From: a virus
Virus record (IMG/VR): IMGVR_UViG_3300045988_130750
Span: 84,652 to 148,651 of that record
Direction: 5' to 3' (one strand)
Length of the DNA: 64,000 bases
Shown here: positions 8,739 through 18,923 of the stretch, piece by piece
How the letters are laid out: each line of letters begins with the position of its first letter
How positions within the stretch are numbered: position 1 is the stretch's first letter
Notes under the pieces: model-generated
The model's database searches: none
What the model was told of the DNA's origin: nothing
The model's input: only the letters and a program-made list of their open reading frames with translations
Position numbers and translations under genes: made by a program

Positions 8739-9353
8739 ATGAAAACAGATGAATATTTAAGATCATATATCAGAAAATATTTTTATCAACATTTAGATAT
8801 TTGCAAATGTGATATATGTGGAAGTACGCATGATTTACAAGTACATCATTCTGATATTCAATTTTTTGAGATGGTTGATAAGACTATGCAAGATCTAAAT
8901 TTGAAATACTATTCTGATATTGAATTCTATTCAGACAATGAAAAGGATTTAATTATTACATACATTTTAGGATTACATATGAGAAGTAGATATCAGATAT
9001 TATGCAAATCATGTCATACTAAAATACATCAGCAGGATGTCAAACGAAGAAAACAAATACTATCTAATATGCCAGAAATTATCAATTTTATACTTTTGCA
9101 TAAAGACACAAGGTTATTTCAGGATGGAAAAATCGAATTGTTTAAATTGATTAAACATGATTATTCGTCAATAAGGTATGTAAGTACAAATGAAATCAAT
9201 ATGTTTTTTGAAAAATATGATATTCCATTTAGATTATATGATAGAGACGATAATGGAAAGAGATATATTGATAAAAGAAGAAGGTTGCCAAACGGAGAAA
9301 TTAATAATAACAGGGATAAAGCATATTGGATATTGAAAAATATTATCCAATGA
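8739..9353 (+). CDS. HNH endonuclease (free-standing, homing-type)
   Basis: CDICGSTHDLQVHHSD ... LCKSCHTKIH is an HNH/zinc pattern. The gene looks more AT-rich than its neighbours and has no SD of its own. Confidence 0.65.
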   Translation: MKTDEYLRSYIRKYFYQHLDICKCDICGSTHDLQVHHSDIQFFEMVDKTMQDLNLKYYSDIEFYSDNEKDLIITYILGLHMRSRYQILCKSCHTKIHQQDVKRRKQILSNMPEIINFILLHKDTRLFQDGKIELFKLIKHDYSSIRYVSTNEINMFFEKYDIPFRLYDRDDNGKRYIDKRRRLPNGEINNNRDKAYWILKNIIQ

Positions 9354-9390
9354 AACTCGCATTTCATCACTTGGAAAGGAGAATAATACT

Positions 9391-10119
9391 ATGAGTTTAA
9401 CACATAGAGAAGAAGTAAATCTTTACGAAGCAATTCAGAAATCATTTCCTAAAATCCTCATTAAAGATTTAGCAGAACACGAAAGAATTTGCCCTGTCTG
9501 TAATGGTCTTGGAATGAGAATTGAAGACAATGTTTATGGTATTAAGGGTGATGATTCTGAAGCTGGCAGAAAATATCATTTCCCATATAAGCATCAAGCA
9601 CTTTCATTCTGTCGGAGCTGTTTCAATGGTGTACAGAGATTATGTCCTTATTGTGGACAACCATATAAGAATCAGTCATATATGCATTGCGACTGCGAAG
9701 GACAGAAGAAAGCTGATGAAGAAGAGAAAATAAAGAAATGGAACGAAAAGGTTTCTAAAGCAGTTCCAGTTGAAGAAAAAGATGTGGACACAATGCTTTA
9801 CTGTGAGGAATTTGATGAGTATTACGATACTGTTGATGATTTCTTTGACGATTACGCAGTGAATTATTTGGACGAAGAAGTATATACAAAACCTGAGAGA
9901 TTATGGGTATGCAGTGTAGAAAATATTCATATTGATGCTGATAATGTAGTTGACAATGCTTGCGAAGAGTTACATGAAGACGCTTATGAACAGTGTGATA
10001 TTGGTGGTCTGCAAAATTTGTTAGATATCTGGTGTAAAGATCAGACGGGAGCTACTACATATTATCCATGTTATAAGCAGTATGTTTTGATTGATTGGGA
10101 TGAGTTTGAAGGAGAATAA
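9391..10119 (+). CDS. hypothetical protein with zinc-ribbon motifs, acidic C-terminus
   Basis: SD is aaaggagaataatact. Cysteine pairs are CPVCNGLGMR and CRSC...CPYCGQ. Confidence 0.55.
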   Translation: MSLTHREEVNLYEAIQKSFPKILIKDLAEHERICPVCNGLGMRIEDNVYGIKGDDSEAGRKYHFPYKHQALSFCRSCFNGVQRLCPYCGQPYKNQSYMHCDCEGQKKADEEEKIKKWNEKVSKAVPVEEKDVDTMLYCEEFDEYYDTVDDFFDDYAVNYLDEEVYTKPERLWVCSVENIHIDADNVVDNACEELHEDAYEQCDIGGLQNLLDIWCKDQTGATTYYPCYKQYVLIDWDEFEGE

Positions 10120-10123
10120 TACC

Positions 10124-10447
10124 ATGAAGAAACAAAGAAAACCAAAATGTGGTTATCAAATTGATAAATGCCCTATCTGTAAAGCAAAAACATTTGAGTA
10201 TTGTTCTTATTCTGAATTCGGATGGGGAACAGTAGAACAGCATGGAAGTTGCAGTAGGTGTGGTTTTATAGTTGAACAAGCATACTCATCAACATTTTGT
10301 TGTTTTTGGGATATTGAGAAAGGATTCAAACATCCAAACGGAACATATTATGCTAAAAATGTTAAAAAGCATAAAAGAATAAGAAGAAAACTTGGTATCA
10401 AAAATACGGATTATGAGATTAACCCAGAGTGGCTTAACTACATTTAA
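10124..10447 (+). CDS. hypothetical Cys-rich protein
   Basis: ATG 10124 follows aaggagaataatacc. Cysteine pairs are CPICKAK and CSRCG. Confidence 0.55.
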   Translation: MKKQRKPKCGYQIDKCPICKAKTFEYCSYSEFGWGTVEQHGSCSRCGFIVEQAYSSTFCCFWDIEKGFKHPNGTYYAKNVKKHKRIRRKLGIKNTDYEINPEWLNYI

Positions 10448-10537
10448 AGGATAACAAGAAACCTGTCTTTCTTTGGTTCGTAACAGAGAATTAATAAATA
10501 ATAAAGTGATTTCTTTGGTTTTGTAGGAGGTGATTTG

Positions 10538-10870
10538 ATGTCGAAGATAAATTATCGTGTATGTGATATTTGTGGAAATAGAATTCCTGGTTTTGAATTT
10601 GATATTACAGGGATTGCCAAAAGATATATTAATGGCTGTCGAATTTGGAATAAACTATTTAACAGATTGGATATCTGTGATGATTGCATTGATAAAATCA
10701 AGCGATTGTCCATAGATAAGAAAGATGAAGAGAAATACATAAAAGAAATTTTTGATAAAGCAAAAGATTATGATAATCCAAATTTAAAGTCTGCTTATTA
10801 TCAAGGTATTGAAGATACACTAAATGTTTTGAGTCATAAGAGATTAAAGAATTTGCCAAAACTAAGATGA
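10538..10870 (+). CDS. hypothetical protein (zinc-ribbon)
   Basis: ATG 10538 follows taggaggtgattt. Cysteine pairs are CDICGN and CDDC. Confidence 0.55.
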   Translation: MSKINYRVCDICGNRIPGFEFDITGIAKRYINGCRIWNKLFNRLDICDDCIDKIKRLSIDKKDEEKYIKEIFDKAKDYDNPNLKSAYYQGIEDTLNVLSHKRLKNLPKLR

Positions 10871-10965
10871 AATTTTGGTTTCTTTGGTTGTCACGAAAAC
10901 TATACAATATTCGGGACAAGCTAAGTAAAACCACGTTTCCTTTGGTTGTGAAAGTAGGTGAGAAT

Positions 10966-11412
10966 TTGAAAAATATATTTTTAGAAGCTGCTACGAATTA
11001 CGACAAGATGAGTGATTCAGAAAAAGCAGAAGCAAATGATAATATCAGAAAACAATTTGACAATATCATTCATGGCAATCATCCGAAAACAGAACGAGAA
11101 AAAGAGATTGATAAACTTGCAAGAGAAGAATTAGAGGAGTACAGACGAAAGAAGAAAGCCTTTTATACCAACCCCATTCATTGGGATAATAATAAACGTA
11201 GAAGACATGGACTTCCTGTATTAAGAGGTAGAATCAATAAACACCGTTTAAAAGAATATCCAGGATTCCATCCATCTGTACGACTCTTTTGTATGATGGA
11301 AGACTTATTCGATGAGATACTGATTACAACTATGGAGGATGGTTTTAATTCTTTTGTAGAGGTAAAAGATTTGGCAGTTGGTGATGCAAATGTATTTAGA
11401 GTAAGTGAATAG
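10966..11412 (+). CDS. hypothetical protein
   Basis: TTG 10966 follows aagtaggtgagaa. The ORF-track start at 10867 would translate two copies of the intergenic TTTCTTTGGTT element, so the shorter form is preferred. Confidence 0.4.
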   Translation: MKNIFLEAATNYDKMSDSEKAEANDNIRKQFDNIIHGNHPKTEREKEIDKLAREELEEYRRKKKAFYTNPIHWDNNKRRRHGLPVLRGRINKHRLKEYPGFHPSVRLFCMMEDLFDEILITTMEDGFNSFVEVKDLAVGDANVFRVSE

Positions 11413-11424
11413 GAGAATAACAAT

Positions 11425-11688
11425 ATGAGAGCATATGAATTACGACAACATGACGTAATTTCCTATTATCCTCCACAACCACACAAACAGGAATATAAAC
11501 TTGGAGAACACATTTCAATTAACGAATTAGCCGAAATAATGTTTGCTTCACCTGCTTTAAGGTTAGATAGAGATAAAAATGAGGACAAGATATTTCGAGT
11601 TATAGAAATAGAATATGTGAAATTTCCGTGGTGGAAGTTTTGGAAGAGAAGAAAATATGTTGAAGAATATCATTTAGAAGTAATGTAA
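11425..11688 (+). CDS. hypothetical protein
   Basis: ATG follows taggagaataacaat. Confidence 0.55.
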   Translation: MRAYELRQHDVISYYPPQPHKQEYKLGEHISINELAEIMFASPALRLDRDKNEDKIFRVIEIEYVKFPWWKFWKRRKYVEEYHLEVM

Positions 11689-11705
11689 GGGAGACAAATT
11701 AAATT

Positions 11706-11984
11706 ATGAACAAGCGACAGAAAAAGAAATTATTTAAGCAGACACTTATTAAGGTTAGAAAACTGCATCCACAGAAAGGTGATGTGATTTGTTTACAGCC
11801 AGATTTTGATTGGATTGATGCTGAAACTATGTGTCAGTTTATGAAAGTTTATTCAAATAATGATGTTTTTAGTAAATCGAAATTAGCTTTTGTACCTGCT
11901 GATATTAAGCAGCTAAAGAACAAAGAAGAAACTCAGATGTATGTTGACAAGTTACAGATTATTGTAGATCAGATGGGAGAATAA
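11706..11984 (+). CDS. hypothetical protein
   Basis: ATG follows aagggagacaaattaaatt. It abuts the next gene. Confidence 0.5.
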   Translation: MNKRQKKKLFKQTLIKVRKLHPQKGDVICLQPDFDWIDAETMCQFMKVYSNNDVFSKSKLAFVPADIKQLKNKEETQMYVDKLQIIVDQMGE

Positions 11985-12527
11985 ATGATTAAGAAATATT
12001 GTGATGTATGTAATAAAGAAGTTGATTCATTAACGGAATATACGCTTCCAAAGAGTGAAAATATATTTGCAGAAGATAAATTTGGAACAAAACTAGCAAT
12101 TGCTGGACAGACTTGTAATCCAGTTAAGAAAGAATTATGTCCTAGATGTGCTTTGTATTTGGCAAAATTTATTGACCAATATTTATTGCCAATAAGTGAT
12201 GAAAATAGTGAATATGCATTGGCTCTGTTTAAAAAGAGTGGACTTTTTGCTGATGATACAAAAGAAAGTTTTTCTATAAATATATTATTACCTTGCCCTG
12301 TAGGAAGTGTAATTCTTAATAAGAAAAACGAAAAGATGTATGTTATTACATCATATAGAATTGGTGGAATAGGTCACGCACTCGCTAATTGTGTTGAAAA
12401 AACACCAAATAAAACAAGAGACAGAGTATTTATCGGGATAAAGAATGGAAGTTTCTCAGAGGATATTAAAATTCTTGAAATACCAGATAGTTCATGTGAT
12501 TTAGGAGAATATTTAAGAGAACAGTAA
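11985..12527 (+). CDS. hypothetical protein (CxxC...CxxC)
   Basis: ATG follows atgggagaataa. Cysteine pairs are CDVCNKE and CPRC. Confidence 0.5.
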   Translation: MIKKYCDVCNKEVDSLTEYTLPKSENIFAEDKFGTKLAIAGQTCNPVKKELCPRCALYLAKFIDQYLLPISDENSEYALALFKKSGLFADDTKESFSINILLPCPVGSVILNKKNEKMYVITSYRIGGIGHALANCVEKTPNKTRDRVFIGIKNGSFSEDIKILEIPDSSCDLGEYLREQ

Positions 12528-12605
12528 AAAAGAAGCATTTCCTTTGAGTTTTTTGAATGACAAAGAGAGAATATATACATAGAAAATAGAAAGAGAGGTA
12601 CTGAA

Positions 12606-13691
12606 ATGGCAAGAGCATTAGCGCATATTGAAGAAATTAATTCTATTATCCCAATTGAGGGCAAGGATAGAATTGTATTAGCAACAGTATTAGGTTGGAC
12701 AGTAATTGTTCAAAAGGATTTTAAGGTAGGAGATAAGGTTGTATTTGCAGAGATTGATTCTGTATTTCCTGATAAGCCTGAGTTTGAATTTTTAAGAAAT
12801 AAGAAATTCCGTATTAAGACAATGAAGATGGCAGGCGTAATTAGCCAGGGAATTGTATTCCCATTATCAATTCTTCCAGAAGGAGAATATAACATTGGTG
12901 ATGATGTAACAGATATTCTTGGCATCACACAGTATGAACCAACAATGGATAAAGAAGAGATGGATACAGAAAGTATAAAGACACCTGTGAAGAAATATCC
13001 TGAATTTTTAATGAGAATGAGTTGGTTTAGAAAGCTTGTATTACCAAAGAAACAGGCTAAAGGTTTCCCAAGTTTTATTAGTAAGACTGACGAAACAAGA
13101 ATTCAGAATGCACCTTTCTATCTGAATATGGATTGTAATTGGATTGCAACAGAAAAGGTAGATGGACAGAGTGGTTCATTTACATTGCAGCGAGTAAAGG
13201 GTAAGCATTTTTGGAATAAGGATACATATGATTTCGCAGTTTGTTCAAGAAATCTTAGAAAGTGGAAGAAAGATACATCTTCGTTTTGGAGCGTTGCTGA
13301 GAAATACAACATCGAAGAGGTTCTTCATAAGTTAATTGGAGACAACGAGTGGGTAGCAATTCAAGGAGAATGTGTTGCATCTAATGTTCAGGGCAATAAA
13401 TATCATGTTACAGAACCAGATTTATATGTTTTCAATTTAATTTATCCAAGTGGAAGAGTCGGATCTGTAGAAGCAAAGAAGATTGTAAATAATTTAGGGT
13501 TAAAGTTTGTTCCTATTTTATCTGAAAATGCACAGATTAAAGGAATGACTGTACCAGAAGTTCTTGAATATGCAACAGGCAAAAGTCAGTTATATGACAC
13601 TCTAAGAGAGGGAATTGTATTCAGAAGCGAAGATGGAAAGCAGTCATTTAAGGCAGTTAGTCCTGAGTTTTTATTGAAGAATAACGAGTAG
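12606..13691 (+). CDS. RNA ligase, DRB0094 / Rnl5-like (N-terminal OB-type domain plus nucleotidyltransferase)
   Basis: The N-terminus IIPIEGKDRIVLATVLGWTVIVQKDFKVGDKVVFAEIDSVFP is typical of the family. The ligase motif I is EKVDGQS (KxDG). Confidence 0.7.
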   Translation: MARALAHIEEINSIIPIEGKDRIVLATVLGWTVIVQKDFKVGDKVVFAEIDSVFPDKPEFEFLRNKKFRIKTMKMAGVISQGIVFPLSILPEGEYNIGDDVTDILGITQYEPTMDKEEMDTESIKTPVKKYPEFLMRMSWFRKLVLPKKQAKGFPSFISKTDETRIQNAPFYLNMDCNWIATEKVDGQSGSFTLQRVKGKHFWNKDTYDFAVCSRNLRKWKKDTSSFWSVAEKYNIEEVLHKLIGDNEWVAIQGECVASNVQGNKYHVTEPDLYVFNLIYPSGRVGSVEAKKIVNNLGLKFVPILSENAQIKGMTVPEVLEYATGKSQLYDTLREGIVFRSEDGKQSFKAVSPEFLLKNNE

Positions 13692-13699
13692 GTAACGAT

Positions 13700-13885
13700 A
13701 TGAGTAGTATTTCAGTTGGTGAATTGAAATCTATTCTTGAAAATTATCCAGACGATTATGAAGTTGTTATGAACATTAAGCACAAATATCCAATCTCTAA
13801 GGAGGAATGTCTTAGAGGTTGGCGTGCTTATATCAATGGCGTAAAAGCTGATGATGATTTTCGAGAGATTAGATTAATGAATTAG
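13700..13885 (+). CDS. hypothetical protein
   Basis: 61-aa ORF in tight same-strand packing. SD is weak (gagtaggt). Confidence 0.45.
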   Translation: MSSISVGELKSILENYPDDYEVVMNIKHKYPISKEECLRGWRAYINGVKADDDFREIRLMN

Positions 13886-13911
13886 GAGAATAAAATACGA
13901 GAGGTAATTCG

Positions 13912-14421
13912 ATGAGATGTAGAGATTGTCCTTATGGAATTGAAGATTTTACATTAAGAACAGAAATGTATAAATCGGTATATGGTGAATATCCAGATGA
14001 AGATAGAACTAATGAATCAGAACAATTTGTTTGGTGCGATAAAGTTGGCGGTAAAGTATATTCTTTTGGTCATTGTAGTGATTGGTATGAACAAGACGAA
14101 GAAAATTATAAGAATCATTCTAAGAAAAAGAGAATAAATAAACGTGAGAGATATTTGAAACATCAGAATCATCTCAAATATTTATATGAAACTGTTGGTG
14201 GTTATTATCCAACGCCTGTTAGATATGTGGATGAAATATGGATTAAGGGTGTTGGTTATGTTAAAAATCAAAAACCATATTATCAGAGATTGTATCGTGG
14301 TAAGAAAAGTAAATATTTGCAACAGTTATCTAATAGGAAAATACGCAGATATAAAGGTGAGTTGCATAATGGCTATCAGCATATCCATAAAATTTTTGAT
14401 TGGTGGAATGAATTTTGTTAG
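13912..14421 (+). CDS. hypothetical basic protein
   Basis: ATG follows cgagaggtaattcg. The C-terminal half is Lys/Arg-rich. Confidence 0.5.
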   Translation: MRCRDCPYGIEDFTLRTEMYKSVYGEYPDEDRTNESEQFVWCDKVGGKVYSFGHCSDWYEQDEENYKNHSKKKRINKRERYLKHQNHLKYLYETVGGYYPTPVRYVDEIWIKGVGYVKNQKPYYQRLYRGKKSKYLQQLSNRKIRRYKGELHNGYQHIHKIFDWWNEFC

Positions 14422-14433
14422 GAGAATAAAGAT

Positions 14434-14904
14434 ATGAAGATAGATTTAATCAAATTAAAATTCAATGATACTTGTGCATATAAGCATAAACCATTTCAGT
14501 ATTGCTGTGATGAAATTCAGAATGATAAAGCTATTGTATTTACAGGCGAAGATTTAGTTCATAGTGACGATTGTTGGGATGACGAAAGATACATTCCTCA
14601 ATTTTGTACTTCATATACTGAAACATTTAACTCTTGGGGTGACGAATGGGAACAGACAGACAATTTCCCAATTAAATTCTGTCCTCATTGCGGCAAAAAG
14701 ATTGAGATTTCAGTTGTAGATGAGATTGATGTATCTGATAAGTACAATGAGTTATCTAAGCATCGTGAGGAATTGTGGAGGAAGTGTCAGAAAACAGATA
14801 GCAAGAAGAAAGAATCTGAACTAAGAGAACAGGTTGGAAAGCTTGATAAACAGATTGATAGTTTCTATTGGTTAGATGAGTGGAAAGGAGAAACTTATGA
14901 ATAG
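14434..14904 (+). CDS. hypothetical protein
   Basis: ATG follows taggagaataaagat. Contains CPHCGKK. Confidence 0.55.
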   Translation: MKIDLIKLKFNDTCAYKHKPFQYCCDEIQNDKAIVFTGEDLVHSDDCWDDERYIPQFCTSYTETFNSWGDEWEQTDNFPIKFCPHCGKKIEISVVDEIDVSDKYNELSKHREELWRKCQKTDSKKKESELREQVGKLDKQIDSFYWLDEWKGETYE

Positions 14905-15097
14905 AAATTTGGATGGATATTATTTTAGAGTTAAAAGAGATGAAAAATGGGACAATGTTTGTTGGTCTGATATGACAGATGAAGAAAGAGACGAGCAAAT
15001 GACTAATCGTAGTGAAGAATGGTTAAAGTCGCTGTGTAAGGGACTTGGTAATGTTATTCATAAGATTGGTGAAGATTTGGATATTGCGTGTGAATAA
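14897..15097 (+). CDS. hypothetical protein
   Basis: ATG 14897 follows aaaggagaaactt and overlaps the upstream stop. Confidence 0.5.
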   Translation: MNRNLDGYYFRVKRDEKWDNVCWSDMTDEERDEQMTNRSEEWLKSLCKGLGNVIHKIGEDLDIACE

Positions 15098-15139
15098 CAG
15101 TAAATTCAGGTTTCTTGGTTATAATATGGAGGTGAAAAT

Positions 15140-15775
15140 TTGAAAGACATTTTAGGTAGAGAGATTAAAGATGGTGATATGTGTATTGGAATGGCAATAG
15201 GTAGAAATTCACCAGGAATGCATATTGGAGTTTTTCAAGGTAGCTCAGTTGTTTATTTAGGATATAGCGAAGAATATATTAATAAAAGTTGTACAAGCAA
15301 TACATATCTGATCGAAAATCCAACGAAAAAGGAGTTGGAAATTAGAGATAAAATAAATATACTCCTTCAGAAAGAAGCAGAAGAGCGAGAGCGAAAAGCA
15401 AATTTAAAAACAATTCCGTTAAGTAAATTAGAAGTGGGTGGAATTTACAAATCAACTCAAGGGGAAATGTATTTATATCTTGGTAAGAAAAAAGTAATTT
15501 TCGAAGATTTTGATTGTAGTAATACTGATATAAAAGAAGGGTACTGTTTTGCTTATGTATATAATAGTGATTATGAATCAGATGAAAAAATTTTAGAAAG
15601 AGCTTTGGAAATTAATACATATCGAAGAAGTCATTCTATTTCAGTTTTAAAAGGCAATAAAAAGTTGACAGATATTGTTAGAAAGGTTGATTTGAAGTTT
15701 CCACTAATCAAAGAGGAAAAGCAAGAAGGTAGTTGGAGAAATCATGGAAACAACATGAAATTGACCATCGAGTAG
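15140..15775 (+). CDS. hypothetical protein
   Basis: TTG start follows atggaggtgaaaat. Confidence 0.5.
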   Translation: MKDILGREIKDGDMCIGMAIGRNSPGMHIGVFQGSSVVYLGYSEEYINKSCTSNTYLIENPTKKELEIRDKINILLQKEAEERERKANLKTIPLSKLEVGGIYKSTQGEMYLYLGKKKVIFEDFDCSNTDIKEGYCFAYVYNSDYESDEKILERALEINTYRRSHSISVLKGNKKLTDIVRKVDLKFPLIKEEKQEGSWRNHGNNMKLTIE

Positions 15776-15843
15776 AGAATATTAAAGCAAGAATAAAATC
15801 AATGATTTTTATAATTAGGAAAGATAAAAGAGGTGAACGATTA

Positions 15844-16470
15844 ATGTCTTTGGCATATAAAAATGACACATACAACTATAATGGCGAATATGAAATGGGT
15901 TCATTAAATAAATTTGCACGAGCAGAAAGAAGATTGTCTGCAAAGAAGCAGGCATTGGATGATATGAAGAATGAATATGATCTTATTGAACAACAGGCAT
16001 TTCGCACTTATAAAGAAAATATTCAGTATATGTTACTTGATCAGACATCTACAATTAAAACGTGTAGAGAATGGTTAAATATGTTATCAAAGAATCAGGA
16101 TGCTGATGGGAATAAACTTGATAAAAGAAAGAAGTATAAGGAAAAGGAAACATATGATTGGTATATTGACTATATTAAAAAGCTTCTTGACATTGAATAT
16201 ATGAATGATGTTAAATTCATTGACTTCAATTTTGGTCAAGCTACTAATATTCAGTTTGAATACAAAGAGCATAACTGGTATTTAGAAATTCCTCATATTA
16301 AAGCTATCAGCTTAGATGCATATAAGAATTATGGTGGCAGTGTATTTAAACTTGCGTTAGTACACAATGATACAGAATATAGTTGTAGTTGGTCGCAGTT
16401 TGGTTCTACATATGAGGAAGATGATTTAAAAGATATTATGGTACAAGGTGTTGAGAAATATTGTAATTAG
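15844..16470 (+). CDS. hypothetical protein
   Basis: ATG 15844 follows aaaagaggtgaacgatta. It is preferred over the TTG at 15733, which overlaps the upstream gene. Confidence 0.5.
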   Translation: MSLAYKNDTYNYNGEYEMGSLNKFARAERRLSAKKQALDDMKNEYDLIEQQAFRTYKENIQYMLLDQTSTIKTCREWLNMLSKNQDADGNKLDKRKKYKEKETYDWYIDYIKKLLDIEYMNDVKFIDFNFGQATNIQFEYKEHNWYLEIPHIKAISLDAYKNYGGSVFKLALVHNDTEYSCSWSQFGSTYEEDDLKDIMVQGVEKYCN

Positions 16471-16585
16471 TTGAGGCGGCTTCGTAAGAAACCAATCTTT
16501 CTTTTGGAAATTAAATAATATAGTTGTCTATAGGAGGGAATGAGGTTGAAGCTTCGATAAATGTACATTTACTCTTATATATAAA

Positions 16586-17251
16586 ATGAATTTTTTGTTT
16601 TTGAGCAATTTAGGACTAGAATATTTAAATAATGGATTTACAACAATAGAGTTAGTTTCAAAATTTTACGATGTCAGTATTGATACCATTAAGACAATAA
16701 TAAAGAGAAATCGTGATATATTTGGGGATATTGGATACAAGACTATAGAGAAAGATGAATTACAAAGGGTTATATCAGAGAACCCTGATAAAAGAATAAG
16801 CAGACGTTGCCGTTGCTTAGCAGTATTAAATAACAAATGTGTTATATATCTTGCATATTTACAATCGTCAACAAAATTAACATGTGAAATTATTGATATT
16901 AATATGAAATTGAATTATAAACTTCACAATGCAATATTAAACAGATATTCAAGTACAAGTTTTGAAAAGAAATATGAAAAAGAATTAAGCTTTTTAGTAC
17001 ATAGCATTTTTGATGAATTTCATAAAATTGACGAACAAGTGTGCTGTGAAAAATATAAAATTGATTTTGTTATAGATGACTATTTAGCTATTGAATGTGA
17101 TGAAGATGGACATTCTAACTACAATCAACAAGAAGAAATAAAAAGAGAAAAATGTATTATTTCTAATGGATATAAAATATTAAGGTATGACACAAGAGAA
17201 AATAATATGTTGAAATTTATAGGTCAAATTAGTAATTGCTTATGTAAATAA
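16586..17251 (+). CDS. PD-(D/E)xK-type endonuclease-like protein with N-terminal HTH-like region (free-standing, homing-type)
   Basis: KIDFVIDDYLAIECDEDGH resembles a restriction-endonuclease-fold D...ExD/EDxH core (Vsr/DUF559 or EDxHD-like). The gene is very AT-rich, has no SD, and is preceded by two mini-ORFs. Confidence 0.45.
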   Translation: MNFLFLSNLGLEYLNNGFTTIELVSKFYDVSIDTIKTIIKRNRDIFGDIGYKTIEKDELQRVISENPDKRISRRCRCLAVLNNKCVIYLAYLQSSTKLTCEIIDINMKLNYKLHNAILNRYSSTSFEKKYEKELSFLVHSIFDEFHKIDEQVCCEKYKIDFVIDDYLAIECDEDGHSNYNQQEEIKREKCIISNGYKILRYDTRENNMLKFIGQISNCLCK

Positions 17252-17290
17252 ATATCGGTTTCATGTGATGTAAGAAAGGAGAATTATATT

Positions 17291-17857
17291 ATGAAGAAAT
17301 TATTTATTAGTCAACCAATGAGAGGTAAAACAGATGAGGAAATTTTGTTAGAAAGAAAAAGAGCAATAGAAGCAGCAAAAACAAAAATTGGAGAAGATGT
17401 AGAGGTTATTGAGAGCTTTTTCAAAGACGCACCAGTTGATGCAAAACCGCTTTGGTATCTTGCAAAGTCTATTGAGTTATTAGCAACGGCAGATATCGCA
17501 TACTTTGTTGATGGATGGGATAAAATGCGTGGTTGTAAAATCGAATATGAGTGTGCAACAGAATATGATATTGAAACGATTGCTGAAGGTGAAATGGAAT
17601 GTCTATGGCGTTTTTATTGGGATTGTGGTAGACAGGGCGAAGTCGAAGGTGTGTTCAAGGCGACAAAAGAAGAAGTAGATAATGTGATTGGTAAGGATGT
17701 ATATTTCGGAGAAATTCTTGGAAAACACAGTGAAGTATATGGAACGATTGAAGAGGGAGAAATCACATTAGAATCTGATGATCCATTAGTTGTAAAAAAT
17801 GCTGTAGAAAGTGGCTATAATCCACTTGATTATTTAGAAGAAGATGGAGATGATTAA
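17291..17857 (+). CDS. DUF4406 / nucleoside 2-deoxyribosyltransferase-like protein with extra C-terminal domain
   Basis: FISQPMRGKT ... ADIAYFVDGWDKMRGCKIEYECATEYDIE fits the DUF4406 pattern (IAGPM...LpGWe.S.Ga..E). SD is aaaggagaattatatt. Confidence 0.5.
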   Translation: MKKLFISQPMRGKTDEEILLERKRAIEAAKTKIGEDVEVIESFFKDAPVDAKPLWYLAKSIELLATADIAYFVDGWDKMRGCKIEYECATEYDIETIAEGEMECLWRFYWDCGRQGEVEGVFKATKEEVDNVIGKDVYFGEILGKHSEVYGTIEEGEITLESDDPLVVKNAVESGYNPLDYLEEDGDD

Positions 17858-17979
17858 TCAATAAAAGTCGCAGTAAATTTCGATTTCATGTTAACAGAAA
17901 GAGAGAATACATAAGTGTAACAAGGCGATAAGCCTAAAATATAAAGTTTAAAAATCAAAGTTAAAAAGGAGAGAACATT

Positions 17980-18621
17980 ATGACAACAGAAAAGATGACA
18001 ATTCATAAGGCACTTGCAGAGTTAAAAATCGTAGATGATAGAATTATTTCTGCAATCAATGGTGGTACTTATTGTGTAGCAAATAAGCATTCCAACGAAA
18101 AGATCAAGGGTGTACCAGTTAAGGAATACGAAGGCGTTATGCAAGGTTATTACGATAAGGCAACAGACCTTATTAAAAGAAGAAATGCAATCAAGAGAGC
18201 GGTTGTTTTATCAAATGCTACAACAAAAGTTTCTATTAATGGCATTGAATACACAGTGGCAGAAGCTATTGAGATGAAGAATCATGGGGTAGAGTTTGAT
18301 GAGAAGATGTTAACTGCATTAAAGAAGCAATATGACAAGGCACAGGCTGAAATCCTCAAACAGAACGGTGATGACCTTGAAAAGAGAGCAGAACAATATG
18401 TAATTGGCATTTACGGTTCTAAGGAAGGTAAAACTAATACAGATGATTTCGAGAAGACAAAGAAAGATTTCATCAATGCAAATTCATATGAGTTGATTGA
18501 TCCTATTAAGATTTTGGACAAAATTAACACATTAGAAGAGAATATTGCATCTTTCAAAGCAGAAGTAGATGCTGCACTTAGCACATCAAATGCTGTAACA
18601 GAGATTGAAATTAACTATTAA
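17980..18621 (+). CDS. hypothetical protein, isolated gene flanked by long non-coding DNA
   Basis: ATG follows aaaaggagagaacatt. 213 aa, predicted helical (KALAELKIVDDRI...). AAAGTT repeats lie on both sides. Confidence 0.6.
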   Translation: MTTEKMTIHKALAELKIVDDRIISAINGGTYCVANKHSNEKIKGVPVKEYEGVMQGYYDKATDLIKRRNAIKRAVVLSNATTKVSINGIEYTVAEAIEMKNHGVEFDEKMLTALKKQYDKAQAEILKQNGDDLEKRAEQYVIGIYGSKEGKTNTDDFEKTKKDFINANSYELIDPIKILDKINTLEENIASFKAEVDAALSTSNAVTEIEINY

Positions 18622-18923
18622 AGAGAGAATAGTTAATTAGAAGTTATTCACTGTTTACCGAAAACTTTAAACTACAACTCATCAGTCTTTTGCAGAGATA
18701 GACTTATGTAAAGCTGAAAAAGAAATCTGCAAAATAATAAAAAATATTACAAATTATTGAATTAATAAAAGATGATTAATTTATATGATTTGTATAATTT
18801 CAACTTACTACAGTACATAATTCGGCAAGATAATGGTGAAACCATTGGCTGATATGTATAACATTAAATATGAAATTATACTATAATTATCAGATTGCCT
18901 ACGATAATGATAGGTGTGTGCTG

